UHGV virus genome: UHGV-0139735
DNA from: a virus
DNA length: 25,077 nt
Strand: one strand, 5' to 3'
Shown: in pieces, positions 1-9,539 of the stretch
Numbering within the stretch: position 1 is the first letter of the stretch
Layout: each line of letters starts with the position of its first letter
Translations under genes and position numbers: made by a program
The notes under the pieces: generated by a model
The model's input: the letters and a program-made list of their open reading frames with translations, nothing else
What the model was told of the DNA's origin: nothing
Databases searched by the model: none

Positions 1-49
1 TTAGCAAGACTGTGTACATTTGTACACAATTGCAGAGAGAGGAAATGAC

Positions 50-586
50 ATGCGTCGCGCTAACGATCCGCAACGGCGAGAAAAAATTATCCAGGCCACG
101 CTGGAGGCGGTGAAACTTTACGGAATACATGCTGTTACACACCGCAAAATTGCTGCCCTTGCCGGGGTGCCGTTGGGATCGATGACCTACTATTTTTCAG
201 GAATTGATGAGTTGTTGCTGGAGGCGTTCAGCCGTTTTACTGAGATCATGTCCCGGCAATATCAGGCATTTTTTAGCGATGTTAGTGATGCTCCAGGCGC
301 ATGCCAGGCTATCACCGATATGATCTACAGCTCACAGGTCGCAACGCCGGATAATATGGAGCTGATGTACCAGCTCTACGCGCTGGCTAGCCGAAAACCG
401 CTCTTAAAAACGGTAATGCAAAACTGGATGCAGCGCAGTCAACAAACGCTCGAACAATGGTTTGAACCCGGAACCGCCCGCGCGCTTGATGCGTTTATTG
501 AGGGGATGACGCTGCATTTTGTCACCGACCGTAAGCCGCTATCACGCGAGGAGATTTTGAGGATGGTTGAGAGGATTGCTGGGTAG
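50..586 (+). CDS. rcdA: TetR-family transcriptional regulator (host gene, RcdA/YbjK-like)
   Basis: From the ATG at 50 the product is 178 aa beginning [40 protein letters not shown], an N-terminal HTH typical of TetR regulators. The length and N-terminus match my recollection of E. coli RcdA. The ORF-track start at 20 is probably an upstream extension. Confidence 0.6.
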   Translation: MRRANDPQRREKIIQATLEAVKLYGIHAVTHRKIAALAGVPLGSMTYYFSGIDELLLEAFSRFTEIMSRQYQAFFSDVSDAPGACQAITDMIYSSQVATPDNMELMYQLYALASRKPLLKTVMQNWMQRSQQTLEQWFEPGTARALDAFIEGMTLHFVTDRKPLSREEILRMVERIAG

Positions 587-602
587 TAGATAAATTTCAG
601 GC

Positions 603-631
603 AACAAAAAACCCATTTATGTAAATGGGTT
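603..631 (-). terminator. Rho-independent terminator hairpin (10-bp perfect stem, T-run on the minus strand)
   Basis: aacccattta-tg-taaatgggtt at 610-631, preceded on the plus strand by an A-run (606-609) that is the U-tract for minus-strand transcripts. It lies downstream of the minus-strand ORF 737-1006 and may also stop the plus-strand regulator gene. Confidence 0.55.
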
Positions 632-636
632 AATGG

Positions 637-667
637 AAACAATAAGTTAGAGTAAAAACAATAAGTT
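637..667. repeat. 12-bp perfect direct repeat aaacaataagtt at 637-648 and 656-667
   Basis: Read directly from the sequence in the intergenic region at the host/prophage junction. Possible recombinase arm-type or IHF-type site; function unknown. Confidence 0.3.
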
Positions 668-736
668 GGGTTGGTGGTCAGTGGTGGTTATTACGGGGTA
701 ATGCCAACCGCTGCCGCCACTTTGTCGCCACTTGTT

Positions 737-1006
737 TTACCTTAGACGCCATGGGCCCCTATCTTCAATCTGTTCGACTAACCCCTCCTCTTCTAGTTCA
801 CGCAATAGTGCAACAACCCAATATTGTTGGTTCGAACTTGTGGCTTTCCGTTTTTCTCCCCAATCGAGGCCGCTTAGACGAAATACCTCAGCTTGCTTAA
901 CGCCGTTGCCGTTTTTTTGGGCATCTGGGTGAGTTTTAAGTACGGATAAAGCCAATTCTTTGGCTCTGTTACGCAATTCCGCTCCCTGATGCTGAAACTT
1001 ATTCAT
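737..1006 (-). CDS. Hypothetical 89-aa protein at the prophage/host junction
   Basis: Intact ORF with a downstream terminator (603-631). No family recognised by eye. Unclear whether it belongs to the host, the prophage or a remnant of an earlier element. Confidence 0.45.
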   Translation of the reverse strand: MNKFQHQGAELRNRAKELALSVLKTHPDAQKNGNGVKQAEVFRLSGLDWGEKRKATSSNQQYWVVALLRELEEEGLVEQIEDRGPWRLR

Positions 1007-1064
1007 TGATAGTGCTCCATGTGAAAAAAAAGAATATTAGCTCAACAGGGCAAAATACGCATTT

Positions 1065-2096
1065 TCAAAAACTTGCTATTGATGTTGGTAGTGTTGCCAG
1101 CGGATTAAACCGTAATGCAGTTTCCAGGTGATCCGGTGCTAGATGTGCGTAACGCATAGTCATTTTTATGTCGTGATGTCCGAGGATTTTTTGCAAAGCA
1201 AGGATATTTCCACCCGACATCATAAAATGCGCCGCAAACGTATGGCGCAGAACGTGTGTCAGTTGACCGCGAGGGAGCACAATAGACGTTTTTTCCATCA
1301 CGGATAAAAATTGAAAATAGCAGTCTGTGAAGAAATTGAACCCATCGAGCGCCATGATCTCTTCGTAAAGCTCTTTACTGATAGGGATGCTTCTGTTTTT
1401 CTTCCCCTTCGTTCTGACAAAGGTAATTCGGTATTTGGTCACCTGTGAGCGGGTAAGATTTACGGCTTCACGCCAGCGTGCGCCTGTGCTTAAGCATATC
1501 TTAACTACCAGTGCCAGAATTGGGTCCTGACGTTTGCAATCAGCCAGCAATTCAACAATCTGCTCATGGGTAAGCCATGCCATCTCTTTTTCTGCGATGG
1601 TGAATTTTCGCATGTTCTCCAGTGGGTTCGGATACGACCATTCGCCCAGACGGGATAGTTCGCTAAAAACACTACTTAGATAGCTTTGCTCCAGGTTAAT
1701 GGTGACCGGGCTTGCTCCTTTCTTCCATTTCTCGCTGAAGTAGATCTCGCCTGTCAGGCGTTTATCTCGATAGTGGGCAAACATTTTAGAGGTGAGATCA
1801 GTTGCAAGGGGATTGCCCAGAGCGTCAACCATCAACAGCAGTTTGTCATAGACATGCTGCCCAGCTGTCAGAGATTTACCATGTAGTTTGAACCATAGCT
1901 CAATCACGTCTTTCAATGTCCGACGATCCACTGATTCGCCCAGCCAGGGCTTTGCTTCGGTTTCTTCCATCGTGTGACGCTCAAAAGCCAGAGCTTCGCC
2001 TTTGGTGGCGAATTGTTTACGCACACGACGTCCACTACGTCCGGCGGGGTAACATTCGCAAAGCCATTTTCCTGTGGTGAGTTTTCGTACTGCCAT
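1065..2096 (-). CDS. int: Tyrosine site-specific integrase (P2/186 Int family)
   Basis: 343-aa product starting MAVRKLTTGKWLCECYP, with the C-terminal catalytic box ...LRHTFAAHFMMSGGNILALQKILGHHDIKMTMRYAHL (R, HxxR and Y motifs). The ORF-track start at 2174 adds 26 unsupported residues. Position is next to the repressor as in P2/186. Confidence 0.9.
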   Translation of the reverse strand: MAVRKLTTGKWLCECYPAGRSGRRVRKQFATKGEALAFERHTMEETEAKPWLGESVDRRTLKDVIELWFKLHGKSLTAGQHVYDKLLLMVDALGNPLATDLTSKMFAHYRDKRLTGEIYFSEKWKKGASPVTINLEQSYLSSVFSELSRLGEWSYPNPLENMRKFTIAEKEMAWLTHEQIVELLADCKRQDPILALVVKICLSTGARWREAVNLTRSQVTKYRITFVRTKGKKNRSIPISKELYEEIMALDGFNFFTDCYFQFLSVMEKTSIVLPRGQLTHVLRHTFAAHFMMSGGNILALQKILGHHDIKMTMRYAHLAPDHLETALRFNPLATLPTSIASF

Positions 2097-2282
2097 AAAA
2101 AATGCCCTCCAGTAGAGAGCATTTTTACTGTATGTATAACCAGTGTCAATGTATGAAATCCTGCGACCATACATCTCACTGAAGCCATAATGAAGTTAGC
2201 TATTTTTTGCTATGTGAGTATGTGACTTTTGCGGTTAGCCTGCGGCTCATTGTTATATTAGGCGCAGATATAAAAGCAAAAT

Positions 2283-2474
2283 TTATCGCGAGTTTTTAGT
2301 ACAGATTTTTTTTGATTTACTAATAGTTCCATCATTGCAAACGAACTTTCCATCGGAGGTACAGTGAGAGACACCTCCCTTTTTCCCAGAACAAGGATAA
2401 TTTTTAGCATAGGTAGTTAGTGGATCTAATAACAAAGAGCATGATAAAACCACAAAAAATACCTTACCAAGCAT
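2283..2474 (-). CDS. Small secreted Cys-rich, Lys-rich peptide (63 aa); candidate lysogenic-conversion moron
   Basis: N-terminal hydrophobic signal-like segment ([23 protein letters not shown]) followed by a ~40-aa region with 4 Cys and many Lys. Strong SD (GGGAGGA) 5 nt upstream of the ATG and immediately after the repressor stop codon. The region 2200-2480 is AT-rich relative to the phage backbone. Confidence 0.55.
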   Translation of the reverse strand: MLGKVFFVVLSCSLLLDPLTTYAKNYPCSGKKGGVSHCTSDGKFVCNDGTISKSKKICTKNSR

Positions 2475-2489
2475 AGTTTCCTCCCGGTA

Positions 2490-3065
2490 TTACCTAACGT
2501 ACTTAATTGTTAAACTTATAATTTTCCCAATTATTTCAACATCTTCTATCTTGCACTCGAAGGCTCTGTTTCCACCCTCGACGAAGATTCTTCCACCGGG
2601 TAAACGAGTAATGTCACGGATCGTTATTTCGCCATCAATACTTATTACCCATTTACCATCACGTATATCATCAAATTCCTTATCACAAATAAATTCAGAA
2701 TTATTATCTGTGATTACAAAAAGATTCTTGAATGCCGACGGTAGAAATTCTCTATCGAAAATATAAAAACCGTCTTCACACAAGGCCCCATCAGATAATA
2801 CATATTTAGCAACTTCCATAGTATTTGTATTACCTGAAGTTTGCTTTGAACCATGCCCGGTTGTGAGCCAATTAAGTGAGGTGCCTGTTTCAAGGGCGCA
2901 CTGGATTACCCATTCTGCTGGGAATGAGTCACGCATGTAGCGTGTGGCGAGTGTACTTTTAGAGATTCCTAAATGATCGCACAACGCCTGTCGAGTCTTG
3001 AATCCATAAGCTTCTACCATGCGCTCTATAGCGCCTCGTCCGCCTTTCTCCAAATTCATGGTCAC
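2490..3065 (-). CDS. cI: CI-type immunity repressor (186 CI-like: N-terminal HTH plus C-terminal oligomerisation domain)
   Basis: 191 aa with an N-terminal HTH (QALCDHLGISKSTLATRYMRD). Its size matches 186 CI (~192 aa) rather than P2 C (99 aa). It is divergent from the apl/cII operon and upstream of int. Confidence 0.8.
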   Translation of the reverse strand: MTMNLEKGGRGAIERMVEAYGFKTRQALCDHLGISKSTLATRYMRDSFPAEWVIQCALETGTSLNWLTTGHGSKQTSGNTNTMEVAKYVLSDGALCEDGFYIFDREFLPSAFKNLFVITDNNSEFICDKEFDDIRDGKWVISIDGEITIRDITRLPGGRIFVEGGNRAFECKIEDVEIIGKIISLTIKYVR

Positions 3066-3083
3066 TCCAAGTGAACTTTTATC

Positions 3084-3112
3084 TTGACGATTTCACTGTG
3101 CGATCGTATGTT
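3084..3112 (+). promoter_or_regulatory. Candidate early lytic promoter (pR-like): TTGACG, 17-bp spacer, TATGTT
   Basis: -35 TTGACG at 3084-3089 and -10 TATGTT at 3107-3112, lying between the divergent repressor and apl genes. Flanking inverted repeats (GTGAAC at 3071-3076 and GTTCAC at 3119-3124) are possible operator half-sites. Confidence 0.45.
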
Positions 3113-3184
3113 TATGGTGTTCACAAAATACAAACGATCCGTATTCGTCCTGATTAATCATCATTAAACGAGGAATGTTGCATC

Positions 3185-3406
3185 ATGAGACCTAACATTT
3201 CAATCACTCTTACCACGCCTCATGTGACTATTGAACGCTATAGCGAGCTGACAGGGCTATCCATCGATACCATCAATGACATGTTGGCTGATGGACGCCT
3301 TATCCGTCACCGTCTGCGCAAAGATAAAAAACGCGAAAAAGTGATGATCAACATAGCAGCAATGACCGTTGATGCGCTTTCAGAATGCAATCTAAACCTT
3401 AATTAG
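3185..3406 (+). CDS. apl: Apl/Cox-type excisionase and switch regulator
   Basis: 73-aa HTH protein ([26 protein letters not shown]) as the first gene of the rightward early operon, divergent from the repressor. RBS AGGAA upstream. Confidence 0.75.
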   Translation: MRPNISITLTTPHVTIERYSELTGLSIDTINDMLADGRLIRHRLRKDKKREKVMINIAAMTVDALSECNLNLN

Positions 3407-3432
3407 TTCGATTCTGAAATACATCAGAGGCA

Positions 3433-3948
3433 TTGACCATGTTTGATTACCAAGTTTCCAAACATCCACATTTTGATGAAGCCTGTCGTGCATTCGCATT
3501 GCGCCACAACCTGGTGCAACTGGCAGAACGTGCTGGCATGAATGTGCAGATTCTGCGGAACAAGTTGAACCCAGCTCAACCTCATTTATTAACCGCACCA
3601 GAAATCTGGCTGCTTACCGATCTGACTGAAGATTCAACGCTGGTAGATGGTTTTCTGGCTCAGATTCACTGCCTGCCATGCGTACCGATTAATGAGGTGG
3701 CAAAAGAGAAACTGCCACATTACGTCATGAGTGCAACCGCAGAGATCGGGCGTGTTGCTGCAGGTGCGGTATCTGGCGATGTAAAAACCAGTGCAGGTCG
3801 TCGTGATGCTATCAGCAGCATTAACTCTGTAACACGACTGATGGCGTTGGCTGCTGTTTCATTGCAGGCCCGTTTACAGGCTAACCCTGCGATGGCGAGT
3901 GCAGTTGATACCGTGACTGGCCTCGGTGCTTCATTCGGTTTGCTGTGA
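3433..3948 (+). CDS. cII: CII-like lysogeny-establishment regulator (186 CII-like)
   Basis: 171 aa (186 CII is ~169 aa) with an N-terminal HTH-like region, directly downstream of apl as in 186. Confidence 0.7.
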   Translation: MTMFDYQVSKHPHFDEACRAFALRHNLVQLAERAGMNVQILRNKLNPAQPHLLTAPEIWLLTDLTEDSTLVDGFLAQIHCLPCVPINEVAKEKLPHYVMSATAEIGRVAAGAVSGDVKTSAGRRDAISSINSVTRLMALAAVSLQARLQANPAMASAVDTVTGLGASFGLL

Positions 3949-3955
3949 GGTGCTT

Positions 3956-4156
3956 ATGCTGACGAAAGAACCATCATTTGCATCGCTGCTGGTAAAGCAA
4001 AGCCCGGCAATGCACTACGGTCACGGCTGGATCATGGGTGAGGATGGAAAACGCTGGCATCCGTGCCGTTCACAAGATGAATTGCTGGCAGAACTATCTA
4101 CGAAAAAACGGGGGAACAAATGGCTATTGAAGGCGCTGCGGCGACTGTTCCATTAA
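3956..4156 (+). CDS. Hypothetical early protein (66 aa)
   Basis: ATG at 3956 preceded by GAGGTG; in the early operon between cII and A. The ORF-track start at 3926 overlaps cII. Confidence 0.5.
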   Translation: MLTKEPSFASLLVKQSPAMHYGHGWIMGEDGKRWHPCRSQDELLAELSTKKRGNKWLLKALRRLFH

Positions 4157-4461
4157 GACCCGGTGAACGCCTGAATGGACTTAATCATATTGCGGAGTTA
4201 AGGGCGAAAGTTTTTGGTTTGAATATTGAGTCAGAGCTTGAGCGGTTTATTAAAGATATGCGTGATCCACGGGATATCAATAATGAACAAAATAAACGGG
4301 CACTGGCTGCCATATTCTTTATGGCAAAAATTCCAGCTGAACGTCATAGCATCAGCATTAATGAGCTGACCACTGACGAAAAGCGGGAGTTGATTAAAGC
4401 AATGAATCATTTTCGTGCAGTGGTGAGCTTATTTCCCAGACGGCTAACCATGCCGAATTAA
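4120..4461 (+). CDS. Hypothetical early protein (113 aa)
   Basis: ATG at 4120 preceded by GGGGGAA. Overlaps the previous ORF by 37 nt. Confidence 0.55.
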   Translation: MAIEGAAATVPLRPGERLNGLNHIAELRAKVFGLNIESELERFIKDMRDPRDINNEQNKRALAAIFFMAKIPAERHSISINELTTDEKRELIKAMNHFRAVVSLFPRRLTMPN

Positions 4462-4528
4462 CCAACTAATGAAATTAATGGCGTAAACCCGCCGGGCATC
4501 CCTTTATCTAAATTCAGGAGAATTGCTT

Positions 4529-4762
4529 ATGCGTAATATTGAAACCCTCACGACCAAAACCGGACCGGATGATGCAGGTCTTAATCTTTTACTGACAGAG
4601 GCTCGTCTGGAAGAACGCCGGGCAAGGGCTGAAGCAATGGCTGCTCGCCTCGATAGCCTGGCGTGTCATATCACCTCCCGCCAGCTAAACCACGTCGAAG
4701 CGGCAGAACTGCTGCGTGTGACTGCTGAAGCAATCCAGAACGAAGCGCAGGAGATCCACTGA
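4529..4762 (+). CDS. Hypothetical early protein (77 aa, predicted helical)
   Basis: ATG at 4529 preceded by CAGGAG. The stop overlaps the start of the next gene (ATGA-type coupling). Confidence 0.55.
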   Translation: MRNIETLTTKTGPDDAGLNLLLTEARLEERRARAEAMAARLDSLACHITSRQLNHVEAAELLRVTAEAIQNEAQEIH

Positions 4763-4989
4763 TGGCTGATGCAATGGATCTCGTACAGCAGCGCGTTGAA
4801 GAAGAACGCCAACGCCATATCCGTGCTGCCCGTGCCAAAACGCCGGGCGTGTCCCGCGTGCTTTGCGTTGAGTGTGAAGCGCCAATTCCGCCAGCACGCC
4901 GCCGTGCCATTCCGGGTGTGCAGCTTTGCATTACCTGTCAGGAAATCGCAGAGCTGAAAGGCAAACATTACAACGGAGGTGCTGTATGA
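4762..4989 (+). CDS. TraR/DksA-family C4 zinc-finger protein
   Basis: 75 aa with a CxxC-(17)-CxxC signature (CVECEAPIPPARRRAIPGVQLCITCQ), typical of phage TraR-like proteins. Confidence 0.7.
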   Translation: MADAMDLVQQRVEEERQRHIRAARAKTPGVSRVLCVECEAPIPPARRRAIPGVQLCITCQEIAELKGKHYNGGAV

Positions 4990-5840
4990 GCACCATCCTG
5001 AAATGGGCAGGAAATAAAACCGCCATAATGTCCGAACTGAAAAAGCATCTTCCTGCTGGCCCGCGACTGGTTGAACCTTTCGCGGGTTCCTGTGCAGTGA
5101 TGATGGAGACGGATTACCCCAGCTATCTTGTTGCGGATATTAATCCTGATTTAATCAACCTCTATAAAAAGGTTGCTGCTGATTGTGAGGCGTTTATATC
5201 TCGTGCCAGAGCTTTATTTGAGGAAGCAAACAGGGAGGTGGCTTATTACAACATAAGGCAGGAGTTTAATTACTCCACTGAAATTACTGATTTCATGAAA
5301 GCGGTATATTTCCTGTATCTCAATCGTCACGGTTACCGTGGTTTATGTCGCTATAACAAGAGCGGGCATTTCAACATTCCCTACGGTAATTATAAAAATC
5401 CGTATTTCCCTGAAAAAGAAATTCGCGCATTTGCAGAGAAAGCCCAGCGGGCAACGTTTATCTGCGCCAGCTTTGATGAAACGCTGGCGATGTTGAAGGT
5501 GGGGGATGTGGTGTATTGCGATCCGCCTTATGACGGTACGTTTTCCGGCTATCACACTGATGGTTTCACTGAAGATGATCAGTATCACCTGGCATCCATT
5601 CTTGAACATCGGTCATCAGAAGGACATCCGGTCATTGTTTCTAACAGTAACACGTCTTTGACCCGGTCCCTTTATCGTAATTTCACTCACCACTACATCA
5701 GGGCGAAACGCAGCATCGGCGTTGCAGCGGGGGAGGGAAAATTTGCAACAGAGATGATTGCCACTAAATCTGCTAATTGGTTTAGTGCCGATTTTAGTAG
5801 GGGACGTGACTCTACTGTTATTTTCGGGGTGCAAGTGTGA
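4986..5840 (+). CDS. DNA N6-adenine methyltransferase (Dam family)
   Basis: From the ATG at 4986 (RBS GGAGG): N-terminal LKWAGNK motif and catalytic DPPY motif (VYCDPPYDG). The ORF-track start at 4926 is an upstream extension. Confidence 0.85.
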   Translation: MSTILKWAGNKTAIMSELKKHLPAGPRLVEPFAGSCAVMMETDYPSYLVADINPDLINLYKKVAADCEAFISRARALFEEANREVAYYNIRQEFNYSTEITDFMKAVYFLYLNRHGYRGLCRYNKSGHFNIPYGNYKNPYFPEKEIRAFAEKAQRATFICASFDETLAMLKVGDVVYCDPPYDGTFSGYHTDGFTEDDQYHLASILEHRSSEGHPVIVSNSNTSLTRSLYRNFTHHYIRAKRSIGVAAGEGKFATEMIATKSANWFSADFSRGRDSTVIFGVQV

Positions 5841-6667
5841 AAGAAATGCACCACGGAATTCATCATTTCCATGGGACGCCTGTCTGGGGAAGTGCTGGCG
5901 ACGTTCATCGTATTGCGGTGAGCGGAGCTGGCGCTTTCGTCTCCTATGTACGACCAGATCAGATTGCGGCGTCCATTCAGCACGCTCAGGTCGTCGGCAT
6001 TGATAACGGCGCATTTTCTGCATGGGTGCGTGGGCTAAAAATTAACTGGAGTGATTTTTATAAATGGCTCCTGAACTATTACCACCATCCTAAGGTCGCT
6101 TTTTTTGTCATTCCTGATGTTGTGGACGGAGGTGAACGTGACAATGATGCCCTGATAAACGAAGTTCCGAAAATGTTCTACGGGAAGGCAACTCCCGTCT
6201 GGCATCTGCACGAGTCAATCGATCGGCTTATCGAGCTATGTCGTGAATGGCCTCGTGTCTGCTTTGGATCGTCTGGTGAATATGCGGCTATCAGAACTGC
6301 GCACTGGCATCGTCGTATGCAGGACGCTTTTGAAGCAATTTATTGCCGACACAATTTCAAAACAGCTGTTCATGGTTTGCGCATGCTTGACGGTCGTGTG
6401 TTGGGAAATTACCCACTGGCGACTGCCGACAGTACAAATCTTGCCTGCAATGTCCCCAAATTTAATAGCAAATATCCTGAGCTGACGCGGGCTATTCAGG
6501 AGGCTGAGTATTCGCGCAATCTGACGGAAAAGGAGCTGAAAGCTGTCATTCTGAAAAACCGTTGCGCAATTTTAAAAGGTGCAATTGAAGCTGTTCGCCC
6601 ACCTTCAGTTTCTGATTGGCTGTCGAATGGTTTGCAGCCTTCACAGCTCGAACTGGAGATTGCGTAA
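5837..6667 (+). CDS. Hypothetical protein (~276 aa) translationally coupled to the methyltransferase; possible DNA-modification enzyme (weak, unverified TGT/DpdA-like motifs)
   Basis: GTG at 5837 overlaps the Dam stop; an alternative ATG lies at 5846. Contains [12 protein letters not shown], which resembles the DSGGF active-site strand of tRNA-guanine transglycosylases; this is eye-level similarity only. Confidence 0.5.
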   Translation: MKEMHHGIHHFHGTPVWGSAGDVHRIAVSGAGAFVSYVRPDQIAASIQHAQVVGIDNGAFSAWVRGLKINWSDFYKWLLNYYHHPKVAFFVIPDVVDGGERDNDALINEVPKMFYGKATPVWHLHESIDRLIELCREWPRVCFGSSGEYAAIRTAHWHRRMQDAFEAIYCRHNFKTAVHGLRMLDGRVLGNYPLATADSTNLACNVPKFNSKYPELTRAIQEAEYSRNLTEKELKAVILKNRCAILKGAIEAVRPPSVSDWLSNGLQPSQLELEIA

Positions 6668-9009
6668 TGAACTACAGCTATTCCTGGAATGCTGAGAAAA
6701 AAGCAATCAATCCTTACGTAGAGACGGAAGAGCAATCTTCAGTTTCTGCGCTTTCAAACCTGATCGCTCTGTACGCTGCCGATAACGAGCAGGAACAGCT
6801 GCGCCGCGAGGCACTGAGTGATCAGGTCTGGGAGCGTTATTTCTTTAATGAATCCCGTGATCCTGTCCAGCGCGAAATGGAGCAGGATAAGCTCATTAGT
6901 CGGGCAAAGCTGGCGCATGAGCAGCAGCGTTTTAATCCAGATATGGTCATTCTGGCGGACGTTAATGCCCAGCCTTCCCATATCAGCAAGCCACTGATGC
7001 AACGTATTGAATACTTCAGCAGCCTGGGCAGGCCAAAGGCTTATTCCCGCTATTTGCGTGAGACGATTAAGCCATGTCTGGAACGGCTGGAGCATGTACG
7101 CGACTGTCAGCTATCCACTTCTTTTCGCTTTATGGCAAGCCATGAAGGGCTGGACGGCCTGCTGATCCTGCCTGAAATGAGTCAGGATCAGGTGAAACGC
7201 CTGTCCACCCTGGTAGCTGCGCATATGAGCATGTGCCTTGATGCAGCTTGTGGCGATTTGTATGTCACCGATGACGTTAAGCCAGAAGAAATCCGCAAGA
7301 CATGGGAAAAGGTGGCAGCGGAAACCCTGCGTCTGGATGTCATCCCGCCTGCGTTTGAGCAACTCCGCCGGAAAAGAAACCGCCGTAAACCCGTGCCCTA
7401 TGAACTCATTCCGGGTTCGCTGGCGCGTATGTTGTGCGCTGACTGGTGGTACCGGAAATTATGGAAGATGCGTTGCGAATGGCGGGAAGAGCAGTTGCGT
7501 GCTGTCTGCCTGGTCAGCAAAAAAGCATCTCCCTATGTCAGCTATGAAGCCGTGATGCATAAACGTGAGCAGCGCCGTAAGTCGCTGGAGTTTTTTCGTT
7601 CTCATGAACTGGTGAACGAAGACGGCGACACGCTGGACATGGAGGATGTGGTAAACGCCAGCAGCAGCAACCCTGCGCATCGCCGCAATGAGATGATGGC
7701 CTGTGTTAAAGGCCTGGAGCTTATCGCGGAAATGCGCGGTGACTGCGCCGTTTTCTACACCATCACCTGTCCGTCACGTTTCCATTCCACGCTAAATAAT
7801 GGCAGGCCCAACCCAACTTGGACAAATGCGACGGTAAGACAAAGCAGTGATTATCTGGTCGGCATGTTTGCTGCATTTCGTAAGGCGATGCACAAAGCCG
7901 GATTGCGGTGGTATGGCGTGCGGGTGGCTGAGCCGCATCATGACGGTACAGTTCACTGGCACCTGTTGTGTTTTATGCGCAAAAAAGACCGCCGCGCCAT
8001 CACTGCATTACTGCGTAAGTTTGCCATCCGTGAAGACCGCGAGGAACTGGGCAATAACACTGGGCCGCGCTTTAAGTCTGAGTTGATTAACCCGCGCAAA
8101 GGTACGCCAACAAGCTACATCGCGAAATACATCAGTAAGAACATTGACGGGCGTGGTCTGGCTGGCGAGATCAGCAAGGAAACGGGGAAATCCCTGCGTG
8201 ATAATGCTGAATACGTTAATGCCTGGGCGTCTCTGCATCGTGTTCAGCAATTCCGCTTCTTTGGCATTCCGGGGCGTCAGGCTTACCGTGAACTGCGATT
8301 GCTGGCTGGTCAGGCGGCAAGGCAACAGGGGGACAAAAAAGCAGGTGCGCCGGTACTGGATAACCCGCGCCTTGATGCCATCCTGGCTGCTGCTGATGCT
8401 GGTTGTTTTGCCACCTACATCATGAAGCAGGGCGGCGTACTGGTTCCCCGCAAATATCACCTCATCAGAACCGCTTATGAAATCAACGAAGAGCCGACCG
8501 CCTATGGCGATCACGGCATTCGTATTTATGGCATCTGGTCACCTATTGCAGAGGGCAAGATCTGCACTCATGCCGTGAAGTGGAAAATGGTTCGTAAGGC
8601 CGTTGATGTTCAGGAGGCGGCAGCCGACCAGGGCGCTTGCGCCCCTTGGACTCGTGGCAATAACTGTCCCCCTGTTGAAAATTTGAACCAATCAGGGGGC
8701 GATTTACCAGAAGCCAGTGGGCCGGAGTCGCTGCCGGATCTTCATAATCTGAGCGCGAAGGAACGACGGGAGCTGACGGCGCGGCTGAGATTGGTAAAAC
8801 CTAAGCGGCGGAAAGGGTACAAACAGCAGATTAGCAATCATCAGCGCCAGCAGCTTGATGCTGAACTGAGGTCTAGGGGGTTCGATGCGAGTGATACCGA
8901 GGTGGATCTGCTTTTGCGTGGTGGCAGTATCCCGTCCGGGGCCGGGCTGCGTTTGTTCTATCGAAACCAGCGCCTGCAGGAAGATGATAAATGGCGGCAG
9001 TGGTACTAA
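6667..9009 (+). CDS. A: Rolling-circle replication initiator, P2 gpA family (HUH endonuclease)
   Basis: HUH motif ([10 protein letters not shown]) and two-tyrosine motif ([10 protein letters not shown]) as in P2 A protein. ATG at 6667 overlaps the upstream stop (TAATG); the ORF-track start at 6616 is possible but less likely. Confidence 0.85.
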   Translation: MNYSYSWNAEKKAINPYVETEEQSSVSALSNLIALYAADNEQEQLRREALSDQVWERYFFNESRDPVQREMEQDKLISRAKLAHEQQRFNPDMVILADVNAQPSHISKPLMQRIEYFSSLGRPKAYSRYLRETIKPCLERLEHVRDCQLSTSFRFMASHEGLDGLLILPEMSQDQVKRLSTLVAAHMSMCLDAACGDLYVTDDVKPEEIRKTWEKVAAETLRLDVIPPAFEQLRRKRNRRKPVPYELIPGSLARMLCADWWYRKLWKMRCEWREEQLRAVCLVSKKASPYVSYEAVMHKREQRRKSLEFFRSHELVNEDGDTLDMEDVVNASSSNPAHRRNEMMACVKGLELIAEMRGDCAVFYTITCPSRFHSTLNNGRPNPTWTNATVRQSSDYLVGMFAAFRKAMHKAGLRWYGVRVAEPHHDGTVHWHLLCFMRKKDRRAITALLRKFAIREDREELGNNTGPRFKSELINPRKGTPTSYIAKYISKNIDGRGLAGEISKETGKSLRDNAEYVNAWASLHRVQQFRFFGIPGRQAYRELRLLAGQAARQQGDKKAGAPVLDNPRLDAILAAADAGCFATYIMKQGGVLVPRKYHLIRTAYEINEEPTAYGDHGIRIYGIWSPIAEGKICTHAVKWKMVRKAVDVQEAAADQGACAPWTRGNNCPPVENLNQSGGDLPEASGPESLPDLHNLSAKERRELTARLRLVKPKRRKGYKQQISNHQRQQLDAELRSRGFDASDTEVDLLLRGGSIPSGAGLRLFYRNQRLQEDDKWRQWY

Positions 9010-9043
9010 TGTGAGAGTATTTTATATTCATATTCAAAAATGC

Positions 9044-9073
9044 CAGCCTAACAAATCAGGCTGACATTTTTTT
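9044..9073. terminator. Bidirectional rho-independent terminator between convergent genes
   Basis: Stem cagcct / aggctg with an 8-nt loop, followed by TTTTTTT on the plus strand and an A/T-rich tract on the minus strand. Sits between the A stop (9009) and the minus-strand gene end (9081). Confidence 0.6.
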
Positions 9074-9080
9074 ACTTACT

Positions 9081-9539
9081 CTATTTAGTTTTTTCAATCA
9101 TAGTGCTTTCGGCTTTTGAATATACACTATTAATAGTGGTGATTTTTGTAGTTAATGCTATACAAACTAGACTCAGAAGTAAGACACCAATTGATATTGT
9201 ATTGTTGCTGAGTATTATATGTAGACAAATAGAATAAATTGCAACGATGACTATTGCTACGAAAACAAAGATTGCCATTAAATTATGTGCTTTGATGTAG
9301 TCCTCAGGGGTTAATATGTAGCTTATGTTTATGATTATAAATAAAATTAAAAATGCTCCCCCAATCCATTTGGGTAGGGCTGTTTCTTTTTTTGATACTG
9401 CAGGTGTGGTTCTTGGGATCGATTCTACGAAGGATTTAAGATTTCCCATGTCAGTATTGTTTAATGCTGCACTTTCTGCTTCGAATTTTGAAACAGTGCC
9501 ATCAGGAAGGGTTGTAGTCCAGCTTATTTTTCCTGTCAT
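9081..9539 (-). CDS. Small integral membrane protein (152 aa: ~55-aa soluble N-terminus plus three predicted TM helices); cargo gene
   Basis: Hydrophobic segments WIGGAFLILFIIINISYIL, LMAIFVFVAIVIVAIYSICLHIIL and ISIGVLLLSLVCIALTT. Its start overlaps the upstream stop (ATGA). Strongly AT-rich versus the backbone. Confidence 0.65.
   Translation of the reverse strand: MTGKISWTTTLPDGTVSKFEAESAALNNTDMGNLKSFVESIPRTTPAVSKKETALPKWIGGAFLILFIIINISYILTPEDYIKAHNLMAIFVFVAIVIVAIYSICLHIILSNNTISIGVLLLSLVCIALTTKITTINSVYSKAESTMIEKTK

Noticed and set aside
20-49. Ten-codon N-terminal extension of the TetR-family gene (ORF-track start at 20)
   Set aside because: The product from the internal ATG at 50 has the expected 178-aa length and begins with the recognisable N-terminus; the extension sits at the window edge with no upstream context.
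2097-2174. 26-codon N-terminal extension of the integrase ORF
   Set aside because: The conserved integrase N-terminus begins at MAVRKL (ATG at 2096); the extension has no support and would give an atypically long protein.
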